Part shown: positions 61,201-64,000 of the stretch, piece after piece
How the letters are laid out: every line of letters begins with the position of its first letter
How positions within the stretch are numbered: position 1 is the first letter of the stretch
Assembly: GCA_010909165.1 (NCBI GenBank)
Contig: MU008217.1
Coordinates: forward strand, 62,001 to 126,000
From: Anthoceros angustus
Taxonomy: Eukaryota > Plantae > Anthocerotophyta
DNA length: 64,000 nt
Direction: 5' to 3'
Notes under the pieces: generated by a model
Seen by the model: only the letters and a program-made list of their open reading frames with translations
The model's database searches: none
Told to the model about the DNA's origin: nothing
Made by a program: the position numbers and the translations under genes

Positions 61201-64000
61201 CCCAAGGCGAACCCGCTTGAGAGTGGTCGATGAGGTGGCGCCGAGATCTGGCAAGGTTGCTAGCTAAAGCTAAGGCAAGGGAAGAGGCCAAGGACTGGCG
61301 ACCTAAGGAAGTCGCATCTACATCCTGCTCAAGACTCGGTCCTTCAACTACGGAAAACAAGGACGGAGACACCAAGCGAAGGACTTGACAAGGTTGTCTG
61401 AGGAATTCAAAGCGAGAGAGTAAGCGCCCACAGGCCATCTTTATCAAAGAAGGAGGGTGGTCACGGATGGTGGCCAGTGTTGATGATCCTGCACTCGAGG
61501 TCTACATATGCCCGCCACTAAGATTATGATGTTCGATGTAATGTGGAGATGGGGAGGACATGGCCAAATTTTATTTCTTACTATGGTGGCGATCTGCCTT
61601 ACTTGTTTCCCACTCTTGGTGTGGTGGTGCTGCTCACACGCATCGACTTCAAGTATGATGTCCAGAGCAAGAATGGTGAAGAGGTGGCGCCGAGATCTAA
61701 GGTTGCTAGCTAAAGCTAAGGCAAGGAGAAGGCGACCAAGGACACGCTGACCTAAGGAAGTCCGCATCTACATCCCGTTCAGCACCCCGGTCCTTCAACT
61801 ACGGGAAAACGAGGACGGAGACACCAACTGAAGGACTTGACAAGGTTGTGCTGCCCGAGGAATTCAAAGCGAGAGAGTACAAACTGCCCACAGGCCATCT
61901 TTATCAAAGAAGGAGGGTGGTCATGATGGTGGCCAGTGTTGATGATCCTGCACTCGAGGTCTACATATGCCCGCCACTAAGATTATGATGTTCGAACACT
62001 GAGGTGGAGATGGGGAGGACATGACGGAAATTTTATTTCTTACTATGGTGAGCAGTCTGCCTTACTTGTTTCCCACTCTTGGTGTGGTGTGGTCTGCTGC
62101 TCACACGTACTGACTTCAAGTATCAAAGGTCCAGCAAGAATGGTCAAGAGGAGGCGTCGGTCGATGGATGGGGGCGGCAGAGACCGGTGTGAGGGCGGAC
62201 TTTGATCCTCATTTTGTAGAACTGCAGAAATTGGACAAAAATGGCAAGTCTAAGTTTCTGTCTCCTTCTACCTCTGAAGACGAAGGATCATCATAGGCTG
62301 ATTACCATAGGTAGGACTTAGAAGGTGGTTACTTCCCCGAACTTGGTTTTCATCACATGTTCCTCGCTTCCTTACTAGTTTTGGACTTGTTGGACATGTG
62401 AAGTGGGTGTAACACTCCCAAAGCCTCTTTAGACTGATGGTGTTTCAGACGAGGTAAAGCTTTGGTAAGTATGTCTGCCGCATTTTGCTCTGTCGGGATA
62501 TACTCTAACTTAACCTGCTTAGTCTCTACAGCATGCCTCACAAAGTGGTGATGTACTTCTATGTGTTTGGTTCGGGCATGGAAGACTGGGTTTTGTGCTA
62601 GAGCCAAGGCAGACTGGTTATCACAAAAGATGACAGTTGGAGTACGCTGCTCTTGGCCCATATCCGCTAGGAGTCGACGCAACCATATGGCCTCTTTAGC
62701 TGCTTGTGTAAGGGCTGAGTACTCTGCTTCGGTGGAGGAAAGAGAGACTGTTGTCTGCCTCTTCGAAGACCACGTCACCGCACCATCTGCTAACAGGAAA
62801 GCATAGGCAGACACTGACCTTCTGGTATCTTGATCGGCCGCCCAATCCGCGTCACAGTAGCCTACCAAGGTAAGTTCTTCTCCATTATGTGCTCTCTTTG
62901 TATAGTGGATGCCGTGTCCGCTAGTCCCCTTGAGATACCTAAGTATTCGCTGTGTCGATCAGGAGCTCTTCCGGCTCTTTCGAGCATCGAGAAACCATAC
63001 TTACGCGAAAGAAACATCTGGACGAGTATGATTCGAGGTAATATGAGAGCCAATCGCTGCACATAGGGGCGCCTCCATCTCAAGCCTATCTTGATCAGTC
63101 TATGGAGACTGAAGTACTGACAACTTGCAGCCAGCCTCAAGGGGAGTAAGGGCAGTCTTAGCCTCTGTTAGATTGTATTTGTGAAGCATGTCATAGATGT
63201 ACTTTTCTTGATGCACTGATAGGGTTCCACTGGCAGGATCTCTTTGAAGCTGGGTTCCTAAACAATAGGAAAGTTCACCCACATCTACCATATCGAACCT
63301 GCCGCGACAACAGACCCTTCACTCGGGTAATCCCTTCCAAGTGTGTACCAAGTAGAATGCAATCATCTACATAGAGTGCTAAAATGACAAAACCACCTTT
63401 CTCTTGCAGTAGGTAAACATTGGTATCGGCAGAGCTTTTCAAGAAGCCTAATCCTATCAGAAAATCATCTATGCACTCGTACCATGCGTGAGGACTTTGC
63501 TTAAGGCCGTAAATGGTTTTCAACAGTTTACACACCCACTCCTCATTGCCGGTAAGCTCAAACCCTTCAGGTTGTTGCATGAATATCTCCTCCTCTAGTT
63601 TGCCGTGTAGAAAGGCAGTTTTAACGTCCATCGGATGGATGTGAAGAGAGAAAAACGCAGACATGGCAAACAAGACTCTAAGGGACTGTGACTTGACAAC
63701 AGGGGAGAAAGTGTCATGATAATCTAAACCGGGGACTTGAGAAAACCCACGTGCGACAAGTCTAGCCTTATACCTGGCTATGCTACCGTCTGCCTTGTAT
63801 TTCAGTTTGAAGACCCACTTTGAGGTAACAATCTTCCTCCCCGCAGGCGGTGGGCATAGCTCCCATGTCTTGTTCTGTATGAGGGAGTCATATTCTGATT
63901 GGATTGCTGCTTTCCAATGCTTAGCATCTGGTCCAGAGATAGCTTCCTGATATGTGGACGGCTCATGTCCAGGGTTGATAATGATATTCACCATGTCCAC
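60881..64000 (-). mobile_element. Ty1/Copia retrotransposon, RT-RNase H and long 3' region; continues beyond the window
   Basis: EPSTYQEAI, KWVFKLKYKADGSIARYKARLVARGFSQ, MDVKTAFLHG, LYVDD; RNase H GYCDADWA..SSTEAEY..FCDNQSA..RTKHIE..ADILTKAL; PPT next to the LTR at 60881. RT is closely similar to the 23.5-28 kb element. Confidence 0.92.

Overview
Repeat-rich land-plant nuclear DNA, most likely hornwort, inferred from three PLS-type PPR genes ending in a DYW:KP deaminase with the terminal triplet GRP. (1) 1-18903 is an unusual, almost single-orientation mosaic array. Pieces of one ~4 kb template are joined at 4-11 nt microhomologies and interleaved with collinear stretches of that template; a non-scrambled inverted fragment lies at 33157-33808. 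(2) Three PPR-E-DYW:KP(GRP) genes (20020-23114 +, 35352-38089 -, 38899-42362 +) are candidate organellar U-to-C editing factors. Each carries one or two N-terminal copies of the 'WWDNR...PDF...LW...PxWV' motif of plant OSB ssDNA-binding proteins. (3) A frameshifted gene missed by the ORF track (about 28129-30450 +) appears to encode a ParB-like domain plus a beta-class N4/N6 DNA methyltransferase. (4) The rest is nested Copia, Gypsy and CRE-like retroelement debris with many 0.35-0.9 kb tandem duplications. Single-base indels are frequent and look like unpolished long-read errors. Frameshifts may therefore not be real, and the mosaic array and tandem duplications must be checked against raw reads before being treated as biology.
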